Shown here piece after piece: positions 38,001 to 49,986 of a stretch of DNA of 64,000 nt. The translations under genes were made by a program, and so were the position numbers. Source of the DNA: Rhizaria sp. SCN 62-66 (Eukaryota); NCBI GenBank assembly GCA_001724265.1, contig MEDY01000325.1:1-64000 (forward strand), given 5' to 3'. Position 1 is the stretch's first letter; every line of letters starts with the position of its first letter. The notes under the pieces were generated by a model. The model was not told the origin of the DNA. It saw only the letters and a list, made by a program, of their open reading frames with translations, and made no database searches.

Positions 38001-41000
38001 CGGTCAAAACCAGGCTCAGCAATGGCAGGACAGCGCGGGCGTGAGTGGCAGTGCGAGCGCGGCTGCTGCCAATGAGGCCGGGCTTTGCGACTCGCATTCG
38101 CACTCGCGCATTTTCGCTGATCCCCTGCCCAGTCTGCAGTCGCAGATGCAAGCGCTATTGCGTCCGCAGCCCGCACGGAGCTCGCAGAATTGCCTCGACA
38201 ACTTCTCTGACTGTGACGACGACGACGACACCGACAGCAACAACAGCATGGCCAGTCGGAGTCACAACAGCCACGGTCAGAAGCGCGGCGGTCCATCGTC
38301 GCTGAGCGCGCATCCCGGTGCGATGGACGGCGACGGCAGCGAGAGCGAATGCGGGCACGAGAGCGACTGCGTGCGCGAACGCATGAGCGAGCTGGAGGAG
38401 CAGAGCGAAGAGGACGACGACGACGAGTACTACTCGCGCAACAGCTACATCGTCGCTAACTACAAGATGGTGACCGCGCTCACTGCGGCGGCGCATGGAC
38501 GCGACGGCAGCAGCAGCATTAGCAGCAGCAGCAGCGGCAGCAGCACCGAATATAGCAGCACTGGCTCTGATCATCAGACGAGCGTGAGCGACGGTATGAA
38601 CAGTGGCCGCAGCAATTTGGCTGGCGCGGTGCATGCTACCTTTCGCAACAGCAGTGGCAGTAAGAGCGCCAAATCTGCGGCTAAGATTTCTAGCACCACT
38701 GCGAGCACGAACGATACGACGAATAGTTTCAGCAACGACTTGGCTCTCGCCGCTTTGCCGACACACGCAGAAGCCGTCACCTACTGGCGCATGGCGACAG
38801 AGGGGCGGCTTAACTTATCCCCGCACTGCGAGATCCTGCGGCCGCTCCGCGCAGACGCGTGGGTACCTCCGCATGTTGACGAAAACACGCCGGCACCGCA
38901 GCCGGCGACAGCGTCCGGCGCCGCGACAGCGGGTGGGAGCGCGAGAGCGCATCCGCCGCTGATGACTGCGCCGGGGCTGTGGCGCGTGGGCATCCCCACC
39001 GCGGTGCATCACAGCTCTCACTCTACGACCTCCGCCTTGGTGGCTCCTGCTCTTGCCGCTGCTGCTACTGCTGCTGCTTCCGCTCCTGTTGCGAGTGTCG
39101 CTGCAGCGGCGCCCGCGGTCAATGACGACGACCGTGACCTCGACGCTGAGGACGAGTTCGACGCCTTGCGGCCCAGCCAGGCCACCAGTGTCTCCGGCCG
39201 CATCGGCGGCGGGGGCGGCGGCGGCATCATCGCCGGTATGTGGCCGCGGCAGCCCTTGGACTGGTATGCTGATCCTGCGACCGACTACGTCCGTGGGGTC
39301 GGGACCTCCAAGTACTCAGGACAGTATTTGCGTGCGCCTCAGGTGCCGCGCACTCTTAACGACTCGCTATTCGCGCCTCTCAGAGTCACTAACTCCCCTG
39401 ATATCAGCAGCTCTCATTTGTTTACTGACAATGTCAACGTTATTCCAATCTACAGTAGCAACAACAACAGCAGCGACAGCCTCTACGCGCAGCTCCGGAC
39501 TCAGCTGCGCTTGCACTCTCAGCCGCAGTCTGAGGCACGGTCGCATCGCCACGAGCGCCCGTACCCGCAGTCTCCCTGGGGCTTCGTGACTGCGTCCTCG
39601 GCGGCCGCCCTGCCGGTCCTGCCGCCGCACGCGTGGGCGGGCACTTACACGCGCTACCACCCCCTTACACCGCCGCCGTACCGCCGCGCGCAGCACGGCG
39701 CCGCGCAGAGCGCGCTGTACAGGGCGATCCGCAACGCGCAGGACAAGTAGCAGCAACAAGAGAGTCACCGCGCTGACGGTGGCGCAGCTTCTGCTCGGCC
39801 CACGGCCAGCGCGAGCGCGCGCGTTGTGCCCGCTGCGGCGGCGCTCAGCGTCGCGCAGAAGGTGTCCCCGCGCACAGCTGAGCACCACCACGCCAGGCGG
39901 CAGCAGGAGCAGCTCGAGCAGCAGCAACACGAGCAGCTGCTGCAGCAGAGGCGGCAGCTCCGGCAGCAGCAGCAGCGCGAGCAGCGCCGCGCCGTGCTGC
40001 GGGCACACGCGCGCGCGCTGCTGCTGCGGAGCCTGCGGCTGCCGGCGCCGCTGCCGCTGGTGCACGGGCTGTGGTTCGACCGCGTTGCGCGCTGGATGCG
40101 CCGCACTGACGTCTTCGCCGCCGACGCGCTGTGCCTGCCGCTTATCTCACAGAACCACTGGACGCTGCTGCTCGTCCACGGACTGCTGCGCTGGCGCGTG
40201 CGCGAGGCTCGCGTCGCGCGCAGGGCCGAGCGGTACGCGCTCGCGCTCGCGCGGGCGCAGGCCGCGGGCGCTAAGGCGGCCGTGGCGGCGGCGGCGGCGC
40301 ACGCGATCATCGCAGCGTTCGATGGCATCAGCAAGAGCGATACCACTGGCGTCAACAACTCCGCAGGCAATGCTGCGAGAGGCTACGGTGGTGGCGCCTC
40401 TTCCGCTGCTGCTGCGGGCGTCGACCTAGCCCAGGCTCTTACAGCTGCTCTGGCCTATAACGGCCAGCACGGCCGTCGCGGCCTCCACGGTCACGGCCTC
40501 GGCGGTACGGGTGTACACAGTCAATCCGCGCCCGCGCACAGCCTCGCTCTGCTCAACGCGGCCTCCCGCAACGGCGGCGGCGCCACTGCTGCCGCTGCCG
40601 CTTTGATCTCGGCCGAGACTGTGCAGGCCGCGGTCGCGCGCGCCGCCGCCACCGCCTCTGCCGCGGCGGACGCTGTGACTGCCGCGACAGACGCGGCTCG
40701 CCAGCTGGAGCGCGCGGCCGGGGCGCTGCTGGCCGGCGACTGCTGCGTACTTCTGGTCAACTCGCTGCAGAACCACAAGGAAGAGCTCATCTACGCCTAC
40801 TCGAGCGGCAGGACGCTGATCAAGGGCGCGGCCAAAACAGGGCTCCAGGTGCCGCCGGCGCTGCTGGGCCGCTCGATGACGGCGCCACCTAACGAGGCAA
40901 GCGTTGTCATTCACAGCAACAGCAACGGTGCGACGAGTAAGAGCAGGAACAAGAGGAAGGACGCGAATAAGCTGGCTGCTCAACTAAAGGCGGCCACGGC

Positions 41001-44000
41001 TGCCGCGTCTAAGGGCGCGTCGCCTCTCAGTGCAAAGCTGTGTGGCTCCGCGAGCAAGAATGCTGCTACTGATGCTGCGCCGAAGATTACTGGCAATGCT
41101 GTTTCTGCTGATACTACGACTAGCAAGACCAAGAGCCCCAACCCCAAGGTCACTGCGACAGCGCCCAATGTTCGCGCACGCGTTGCCAGCCCTCTAGCTG
41201 CTAGCCTTGGCAACGAAAAGGATCGGGCTGCAGCAGTGGCGGTCGCCAACGCGTCGAAGCAACTGAAGCGGGCCTTCGCAGACTTGATTGGCAACAACGA
41301 TAGCAACAGCGATGACAGCGACGAAAGTGACAGCGAAAGTGACAGCAGTGGCACCGGCGCTGTCATTGGTGCTCAAACCATGAACGACAACGATGACGAC
41401 GATGATACTGCTGATGCCACGACTGGCGGTACTGCTCACGACGCCAACGCTGACGAAGACAACGAGGATGAGGACGAGGACGCCGCTGACGACGACGCTG
41501 CCAATGACGATGACGACGATGACACCGACGACACCGACGTCGATCACGACGACGCTGGCGGCGTAACCTCTGCTAATAGCGCAACCCCCCGGTGCGGTAT
41601 TCCGGCCCCCGTGATGAACGCGTCCCCGGTCACCGCGCTCCTCGCCGCGGGCTATTGCATCGTGCGCCCCGCGCGTCTGCACCCGGACCCCTTAGTCGGC
41701 GCCATCTGCAGGTACTTAGACCAGCTCTGGCTCGAGCCCGCCAACGCGCCGCACCGTGCGCTCGTGCTCGCGGTCCGCAACGGCTGCGGCGACGAGGCCC
41801 AGGACGACGCGGAGGACGACCGCGCCGCCGCCGACGCCGCCGCCGCGGGCGCCGCGATGACGGCAGCTCTCGCAGGTTCTCACCCTGCAACGGCAACTGC
41901 CACTGCGAGCTCGAGTGCGAGTGCGAGCTGTGTCACAGAGGGAGGCGCCCCGTCTGGGTTGGTTGCAGAGCAGTACATCAGGCTGGCGCGGGAGCTGCGC
42001 AGGAGCCCGTACTATGCGGTTCCGAAAAAAGCGCCTGCGAACGACGCGTTCTGCCCCTGCAACAACTGCATCAACAACAACGTCAACGGCTCTACTGGTT
42101 TAAACGCCGCCAATGTTCACTCCAGCGCCTCTGGCAACGTCGCGAACCCGAGTCACGCGGGGCCGGCCGCCGCTGCGGAGGTGGTGAACGTCGGCGTGGG
42201 CGTCGTCGGCGGCGACAAGTGCCTGCACCGGCGGCTGCACGAGCGGGCCTACACCAAGCGGCCCAGCGCCGAGAGCGTGGCGTGCCTGTTCGAGCCCACG
42301 CCCGCGCAGCTGCGGTCGCTGCGCATTGTCGCGGGCTCGCACAGTGTCGCTGTCGATAGTGCGGCTGAGGATCACAACCACAGCTTCATTGCGAAGCAGG
42401 AGCAGCTTTGGCACTACTACAAGCACTCTCTTCCTGCTTCGGTTGCCAACACCGTCCCTCAAGTCTTTGCTCAGCAGTCGCACACCCGTTCCCACCGCGC
42501 TGCCGCGTCCAAGCCGCTGTCTAAGTACCCCTTAGACGCCGCGTCCCCGGCCTTCGCGCTGCCGCTGTACGCCGCGGCGCCGCACTGCCCTTCGTTCCTG
42601 CTGCTCCCCACAGTGACCCTGGACTCGCCGCAGCAGCGCAACGGCGCCGACTGCGGCCCCTTCGCCTCGGCTTTTGCCAGCGCGCACCTGCAGCGGCCGC
42701 TTACGCTCGCGGGCGGGCTGGGCGCGGTGGTCCGCCGCGCGGGCGCCGTGGCGGCCGCGCAGGCCGAAGCACAGCGCGTCATGATCGCCGGTCTGCTTGC
42801 GACGGTGCACAATAATAACAAGGCTGCGCTCAGCACCAGCGCGGCGGGCAGCGGGGCGAGCAGCGCGAATGTGAAGCAAGGCCCGTTGTCGTTAATTCTG
42901 ACGCCGACGCCGTTTTACGCTGCAAGCGACGCCAGTGCGCATGATGGCTTCGCCTGTGTTGGTGCTGGAATTACGGCGATGTGCGATGACGCTCACAGTT
43001 GCTATGCGCAGACAGGCCACTTAGTGAGTCGTGCTCACGGTCACTTCGAGTGCTGCGCGTCGCCAGCGCCGGTTTGGACGTGGACGCCGCTACCAGCGCT
43101 CACAACCACTGCCAAGACCACGACTACTAGTGTTGCTGCGCCAGATGAGGTGACTGCGCCCACGGTCACTCCGCTGACTCTCGAGGCATCGCGCACGCGG
43201 CTGAACTTTGCGACGAGCGAGATCAAACGCCGCGTGCGTGAAAAGCTCATCGAGCTCATCATGGCTGCGAGCAACCAGAGCTCCAGCAGCGCGACCGCGG
43301 CGGCCGCGACGCCGCCCGCGTCGCTGCTGCTGGCGTCGCAGCCACACGTTAAGTCCGAGCATGGTGGCGTGCAGATGTCGCTGTCGAGCAAGCTCCAGCT
43401 CTTGCAAAGCGCTCCTAGTGCGTGGAGCCCCAGCTCTCTGCTCAGTGCGATTGCCGGCCTTCACCCTGGCGGTAACGCCGGCGCCAGTCGTGGCCAGCTC
43501 GCGCTTGCCGTCGCACTCAAGGGTCACGCCTCAGACTCCAAGCACGACGTGAACTCTGGCGCTGGCCCTGCTGTCGGCGCTACTGCCGTTTCTCGCCCTA
43601 ACCAGCGGCTGGGCCTGGGCCTCGCCCCCGCCCAAGTCTCGGCCGGCGGCGAGCAGTTCACCGCTGTCGGCCTGGCAGAGGCCGTGGGCCAGGTTGGGCT
43701 CACCAACTGGGACGCCGCGGCACTGCTGCGCGCCGCGCTGAACAAGGACACGGGTGACGACTACGTCAACGACTACAACGACCTCAACGCTCTGGGCGAG
43801 TTTAGCGACTCTGATGGTGATAGCGGCAGCGACCGTGACGGGAGCGACCCTGGTTTGGCCCAAAGTACGAACGCGACTGAGAAGGAGAACAACGAGGATG
43901 ACGATGTGGGCACCGCGAATGGCTCCGATCGCAACAACCTCTCGACCCAGTCAAATGACCGTGACTCGCGCTCTGCTGATCCCAGCTCTGACGCCACGGC

Positions 44001-45897
44001 TTATCACAACGCCGTGAACAGGGGCCTCACCTCGAGCCGCAGCAGCGCCCGCGTCCGCAGCGGCGCGCAGCTGAGAGGCTACGCGGGCATGGACGGCAAC
44101 GACAGCGACTACGAGAGCGGCGGCAAGACCAAGAACAGCGGCACGGGGCTCTTCGCGCAGCCCATTCTGGCGCCGCTGATCTCTGCTGTGATGCGAGAGT
44201 ACACCGCGCAGGAGCTCGTGAAGGACCAGGAGCGGGCGCAGAAGCAGCTGGCCAAGCTTGTGCAACGCGCGCAGAAGCAAGAGGGTCAAGGCAGCTCGCA
44301 TAGTGGGTGTGTAGTGACCGCGGACGGCGCTGTCATGCCGTGCAAGTGCTGCGCCGGAGTCACCAAGTGTTGTATGCTGCCTCGCTTGAACAACACCAGT
44401 GGCAAGGGCGCGATTGGCAAGCAGAGTCTACGCTGTGTACGTTCGAGCGCGACTGATCACTCTCTCGGTCTCGATGCAAACAGCGCTCCTCTTGACGCTG
44501 GCGCTCCTGCGTTCTACTTACACCTTGACAAGAAGAACCCTGCTGACGCATCTGTGATTGGCTTGGCAGTTCAGAACGAGTGCCTGGCGCGCTTGTTGGC
44601 GTTCTCAAAGCAACAAGCTGGTTCCGGTGATGCTTCCAACGACAATGCTGACAGTTTTGGCTTCATTGCGACGCCTTCTGCAAATCTCGCTGATACTGCC
44701 CGCGCCAGCGTCTGCAACTGTGGTTTTGCTCCCGGTGCGCTGAAGATGTGCCTGTGTCGTCTCGCCTCAGAGAGCTCCAACGCTGCTGCGGTCGCGGCTG
44801 TAGCTCTGACTCCTGCGAGAGCGAGAGCCTTGCCGACAGTGCCAGCTTCTCCTGTTAGAGTTGCTTCCGGTGCGGGCACTCGTACGTCGTTGAGCTCGAG
44901 CACGAGCTCAAGCCTTGACGGCTCTGACGATGACTCGATCATGATTATCGACTCGGACTCTGAAGCTGACGCTGACACCGATGACGACATCGGCACGACC
45001 GCTCGCAGGAGCAGGAATCCGAAAGCTTCTGCAAAGAAGTCGAGTCGCGCGAGCCACGCCGTCACCGACGCGCTCCCGGCCGCGAATGCCGACACCAGTC
45101 CCAACAAGGCCGCGGGCGGGTCCCCAACGCGGGCCGGCCGCGGCGGCGGCGAGTATGCTACGCCGAAGCCCCCCGTCAGTGCTTCGCGCGTCGGCCACTT
45201 GCGTCTGAGCGCTGTGGCCGACAGCCCCGCGCTGGACGGTGCCGGGAGCGCGAGCCCGCCGACGCGCGGCCGCAAGCGCAACGCGGCCTCGATGGACGCC
45301 GGCGCGAACGCGACTCCCGTGGCAACTGACGCGCGTCTCAGTCGCAATGCAAGCCACTCTGATATCTTTATTGACGTTGACGATGACAGTGACAACGCTG
45401 ATGAAGATAGTCATAGCGCGATCGCGCAGCAACGCAAGCGCTCGCACAAAGCCAGCGACAGCGCTCAAAACACCAACGCTCGCATGCCCGCCGGTGACGG
45501 CGCGAAGGGGGGTCGCAAGTCGAGCTTGGGCTCGCCCGTGGTCGTCAGTGTCGACAGTCACGCCGATGCCAGCAAGAGTGCCAGCAAGATCAAGCGCAGG
45601 TCCATGGCTGTAGATGCCGACGCTTTGCAGGAGTCCGAATCTGCCGCTGCCGTGGCTGCTGAGAATGTGGTTACGGCGGTGTCCAAGGTGACTCGCGGTC
45701 GGCCGCGCGCGTCGACCGGCGAGGCAGAGGCGGAGGCGCTGGCTGTGACTTCGGTTTCGATCTCTGCCACAAGCAAGCATGTGAGTGCGATGCCGATGAA
45801 AATGACGCGCAGCGCTAGCAATAATGCTGTTATCGTCGACACGAACGCAAAGACTGACACTGACACCGAAAAGTCAGGTCGGTCAAGGCGCCGGTGA
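33905..45897 (+). CDS. Giant (~4,000 aa) Ulp1/SENP-like (C48) SUMO-protease-family protein with an insertion-fragmented catalytic domain; 7 in-frame TAG and one apparent 1-nt frameshift in a CAA tract
   Basis: C48-like motifs occur in canonical order: WPGAYMSDAALD (~37610), YSSLF (~37870), FDRVARWMRRTDVFAADALCLPLISQNHWTLLLV (His 40156), VLLVNSL (40759), PQQRNGADCGPF (Cys 42652). In-frame TAGs at 34694, 34883, 34928, 34943, 36418, 36532 and 39748. A C is missing at 35077/35078. Ends TGA. The start is uncertain. Confidence 0.72.
34991..35100 (+). repeat. (CAA)29-AA-(CAA)7 microsatellite, polyglutamine-coding
   Basis: Read directly. One interruption (CAAAAC) at 35075-35080. Confidence 0.95.
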
Positions 45898-46323
45898 CCA
45901 CAAATTCGCATACCAACTTTCACAGAATGCAAATCGCATATGCTTGTTGTTTATAGCTTTTGATTTACGCATTTCACATATCCTACAAGTTACCTATTTA
46001 CCCTGTTACATTGTATACCTCTAATATAGTGAATGTTACACTCTTAACACAATACACATTCTTGTCATCCGAAAACTTTGCAGTATGAACAGGAACGACG
46101 ATGTAGAACCAGAAATTGACGTATTTTGTATGCAGCATATATATATACACATCCTAAATTGGCCCTGATAAGCGCAAGCAACAATCAACAGAATCGATAA
46201 GAAGCGCCGCTGGCCAGCTGTTCGAGGTCACGTTGCAGTCACGCAGATGATAGACAAACGGCTTGACAAACGGCTTTGCATCTGCGTGACTGCAACGAGT
46301 CATAGAGGGACAGGCACAGCAAT

Positions 46324-47873
46324 TCAAGCGGGGGGGCCGCGCTTGCGCCGGCCTCTGGCAACCAGCGCCATGATGGCCGCGTCGTCGTCGCCCAGGCCCG
46401 CGCTCACGCTCGTCTCCGGCAGCGCGTGCCCGCCGGCACCAGTGACGCCAGCGCCCGCCGCCGCCGCCGCCGCCGCCGCTGCGGCCGCCGCGGCGTGGGA
46501 CGGGATGACGATCTGCACCTCCTTGCGGCCCCCGCCGGCGGCCGCGGCAGCTGCGGCGGCGGCGAGCTTAGCCTGCTTGTTGCGCTGGTACACACGCAGC
46601 TCAGTCTTGCCCATGGCCGCCATCTTGGCCTCCTCGTCCTCCTCCTCCGTCGCCGCGCTCTGCTGCTGCTGCTGTTGCTGCTGCTGCTGGGGTAGAGTAC
46701 GGACGCCTCTGGGGTTGGCCGCCTGAGCCGCGGCCGCAGCCGCAGCCGCCGCGGCGGCCGCGTTGGCGGCGTTGGTCGTGCGCACGATGTCCGCCGCCGC
46801 CGCCGCCTCGGCCGCAGCCGCCGCGGCGGCCTCTTCAAGGGCCAGTGCAGCGTCGGTGGCCGGGCCAACCTCGCCCGGGTTTCTCGCGCGGTAGCTGTCG
46901 CTGGCGGCGGCGAAGGCGTCCTCGTCCATGGGCAGCTTGTTGCGCAGCGCGAGCGAGACCAGCCGCGGCTGCTCGTGCTCCAGCCGCCGCACGCAGTCGC
47001 GGATCTGTGCGCGCGTGCGCTTGGGGAAGTGCTGCGCGATGAAGGTAAAGTTGAGGCCGTACACGCCGAGCAGCTGGAAGAGATGCGCCATGTCGCGCCG
47101 CGACCAGCGCTGCCCCACGCGGTGATTGGTGAAGGACATGGACGTCACGCGCGGACCGTCGCCGGCGACGCGCGGGGCCGCCAGCTGCAGCGGCGCGGCC
47201 TCGGGCTGCGCGAAGAGCGACTCCTCGTCGATGACGATCTCGCCGCCCACGAACGACACCTGCGGCTGCGAGGACACCGAGTCCAGTGCGGCGACCTGCG
47301 CGTCGACCGCCGCAGAGGCAGAGCCCGAGAATGAGGAGAAGCTGCTGCTGCGGCTCAAGCTCAGGCTCGCGAGACCGCTGCCTGCGCCGCTGCCGAAGCT
47401 GCTGTAGGCACCACTGGCCGCGCCGCCGAAGCTACCGCCGGCGCCCGCGAACGCGCCCGCAGGGACCGAGAGTGCGCTGTCCGCACCGTATCCGTGGCCG
47501 AGTCCGAGGCCGAGGCCGTCTTTGTCGCCCCCAGCGGCGGCGTCGCTGCCAGTGCCGGCGCTGGCGTCAGTGGAGTCGGGGGCGCCGACGCCCGGGCGGC
47601 CGGCGACTGTGTACCGGCGTCTCTGGCGCATCGCGCGCAGGGCCGCCTCCGCCTCCATGTCTTCGAGCATCTCGACGCGGTCCTGCTGCTCCTCGACGAG
47701 CGCCGCGGCTTCGTTCCATTCGCTCAGACCCTCCAGGTCAAGCACGAGCGTGTCACTGCCAGTGCCGGCGCCAGAGACGACGAGGGCGCTGGAGCTGGCG
47801 TTGGAGCTGGGGCCTGCTGAAGCGAGGACGCCCGCCTTGGAGTCAGCAGTGCTCTTGGAGTCCACAGCTCCAG

Positions 47874-47954
<81 letters not shown>

Positions 47955-49381
47955 GCCTCACGGATCATACGGCGCATGTGCGCGCGGCGCAGCTCCCTGG
48001 CGGCGCGCGCGGGCGCCCGCAGCCGCGCGCGGTCTACGAGCGCGACCAGCTCCGCCTCGCGCTGGCGCCGGCGCACCTCGGCGGCAGACAGCACGCCCTC
48101 CTCGGTCGACCGCAGCAGCGCGCTCAGTGTCAGCCCGCGCCGCACGCCAGGCTGGGGCTCCGTCGGCGCGGCAGACGCGGCGGCGGACGCAGCTGCGGCC
48201 GCGGCAGCCTCTTGCGCGAGCAACATGGCGCCGCGCGAGCGGCGGGACGCGGCGCCCGGGCCGTTAGAGGCGGCGTCGTTAGCGCCCACGGCAGCGGCCG
48301 CAGCGGCGGCGGCAGCAGCGGCGGCGGAGGGGGCGGTGGCGTTGGAGATGATGGGCGGGACTGACGATGCGCTGAAGCTATTGCCGCTGCCGCTGCTGTT
48401 GCTGTTGCGCGCAGCGGAGGCGGAGGCGGCGGAGGCGGCGGAAGCGCTGCCCGCGCGCGCGGCCGCGGCGGGAGCGCCGGGGGCGGTGGACTTGGCAAGG
48501 GCGGCGCGCGTGGCCGTGACCTTGATGCGAGGGCCACTCTTCGCACCAGCAGCAGGCGCGGGCGCGGGCGCAGGCGCAGTCTCAGCAGCAGGGCCAGCGA
48601 CAGCTGCGGCGGCTGCAGCAGCAGCAGCGGCGGCGGCGACGGTTGCTGCGGTTTGTTTGCTCGCGGCGGCCTTGGGAGCAGCAGCCAGAGCAGCAGCAGC
48701 AGCAGCGCTGGTATGGGCGTGGGCGTTGGCGTTGGCGGCCTTCTTCTTGGCACCAGTTCTGGCGTCTGTGGTGTCGTTGGCGGCGGACAGAGTCGCAACA
48801 GCGGCGGCGGCAGCGGCGGCGGCGGCGGCAGCGGCAACGGTGGAGAGATCGGAGCCTGCTGTCGTGGCAGCAGCAGTCTTGGCGGCGGCGGGCACAGCAG
48901 CGGCGGCGCCGGCTTTGCTGCCTCTGACCTGACTCTTGCCAGCCACAGCTAAAGCCGCAGCCGCCGTCGCAGGCGCAGCAGCAGGCGCGAGCGGAGGCGC
49001 AGCCGTTGCGGTCGCTGCCCTTCTGTCGCCGCTACTGCTGCTGAGGGTGTTATTGGCGGGATCGGAGGCCGCGGAGTCGAGCGCGGCCGACAGCGAGCGG
49101 CCACTGCGCGGCTGCGGCGCCCTGGGGGCAGCCGTCGCCGCCACCGCAGCAACAGGCGCAGCAGCAGCAGGAGCAGCAGCAGGCGCAACAGCAGCGGTGT
49201 TAGCCCTGGCGCTGGGTTTGGCGGAGGCAGAGGCGGAGGTGGCGCCGGCGCGGGGGCGGGGGACGGCGACAGGCGCGGCCGCGGCGGCGGCGGCGGGACG
49301 GCGGGGGCCCGCGCCCGCGACCAGGGACTGTAGCGCGGAGCGCGTGGCGTCGGTGCCGGTAGGGGCGTCGCGGCCGGACAT
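46324..49381 (-). CDS. BDP1: TFIIIB subunit B'' (Bdp1) with SANT/Myb domain; apparent frame change inside a CAG tract
   Basis: PQVSFVGGEIVIDEESL followed by VTSMSF...RWSRRDMAHLFQLLGVYGLNFTFIAQHFPKRTRAQIRDCVRRLEHEQPRLVSLAL matches my recollection of the Bdp1 conserved block. Upstream ORF 47843-49516 (ATG 49381) and downstream ORF 46324-47961 overlap across the repeat in different frames. Ends TGA. Confidence 0.78.
47876..47953 (+). repeat. Pure (CTG)~26 microsatellite, (CAG)n on the coding strand
   Basis: Read directly. Confidence 0.95.
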
Positions 49382-49986
49382 GACGGCGGGGCAGAGAAGG
49401 GCGATGTGCGAACGACGGGGGTGGGGGAAGCAAGGGACGAGTCGGGAACTGTCTGCGCGGAACACAACGTTTTCGGAGGAAGGGCAAGCGTGAGTTCGAC
49501 AAAAATTAAATAGCAAGGAGAAATTTCATGATTAATTCGGATTCTCTCAAAGCAATGTCGCTTTACGGATACTGGCATCGTGTGCTCAACGTTCAAGTTG
49601 ACCCTTCACTGGGCGCGATTTTGGCCTCCTGTCTTTCGCCCCTTCGCTAAGGTCGAAACACAATTATACTTGATAACTTAGAACAAATGTCTGTTTCAGA
49701 CATAAATCTAGTGTTCAGTTATTTATTCGTCTTTTTATTCCTGTTCAAATTAGTCTTGTTTTGTATGATTTTGATCTCATTGAGATATTGTAGGTTCTGT
49801 GAATCCGTTTTCGCACGGATGCGTTGGCCGCACCTTGAGCAAAGCAGAGCTCCTGCAGAAAGTAAGCTACTGGCAAAGTTATAGAGCTGGGTCAATTGGG
49901 CTTGGTTTGCTCCTGCTCAGTCAGCAGGGGAGCTCTTGGTCGGTTGCTTGTTGCTGCATTTCGTTGCACGTATCGTCCGTTAAACA
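49382..49986. promoter_or_regulatory. Putative bidirectional promoter region between BDP1 and TXNDC12-like genes
   Basis: Spacer of about 0.6 kb with an AT-rich core between divergent starts. Orientation-based inference. Confidence 0.35.

Noticed and set aside
2972-39750. TAGs as acceptors of small introns, or as pyrrolysine/selenocysteine recoding
   Set aside because: No consistent donors or AT-rich intron sequence precede the TAGs, unlike the 23 clear introns. Sec uses UGA. Pyl is not known from eukaryotic nuclei, and these sites are in disordered Gln-rich regions rather than active sites.
2678-45897. Pseudogenisation (CAG>TAG nonsense mutations) as the explanation for in-frame TAGs
   Set aside because: Decay should also create TAA (from the abundant CAA), TGA (from CGA/TGG) and scattered frameshifts. 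All 14 internal stops are TAG over more than 20 kb of frame, and the SENP-like His and Cys motifs are intact.
47286-48932. Long antisense and alternative-frame ORFs (e.g. 47286-48932 +, 56771-58060 -, 19620-20675 -, 15182-16090 +)
   Set aside because: Shadows of GC-rich, GCN-repeat-rich coding sequence on the opposite strand, with no independent motifs.
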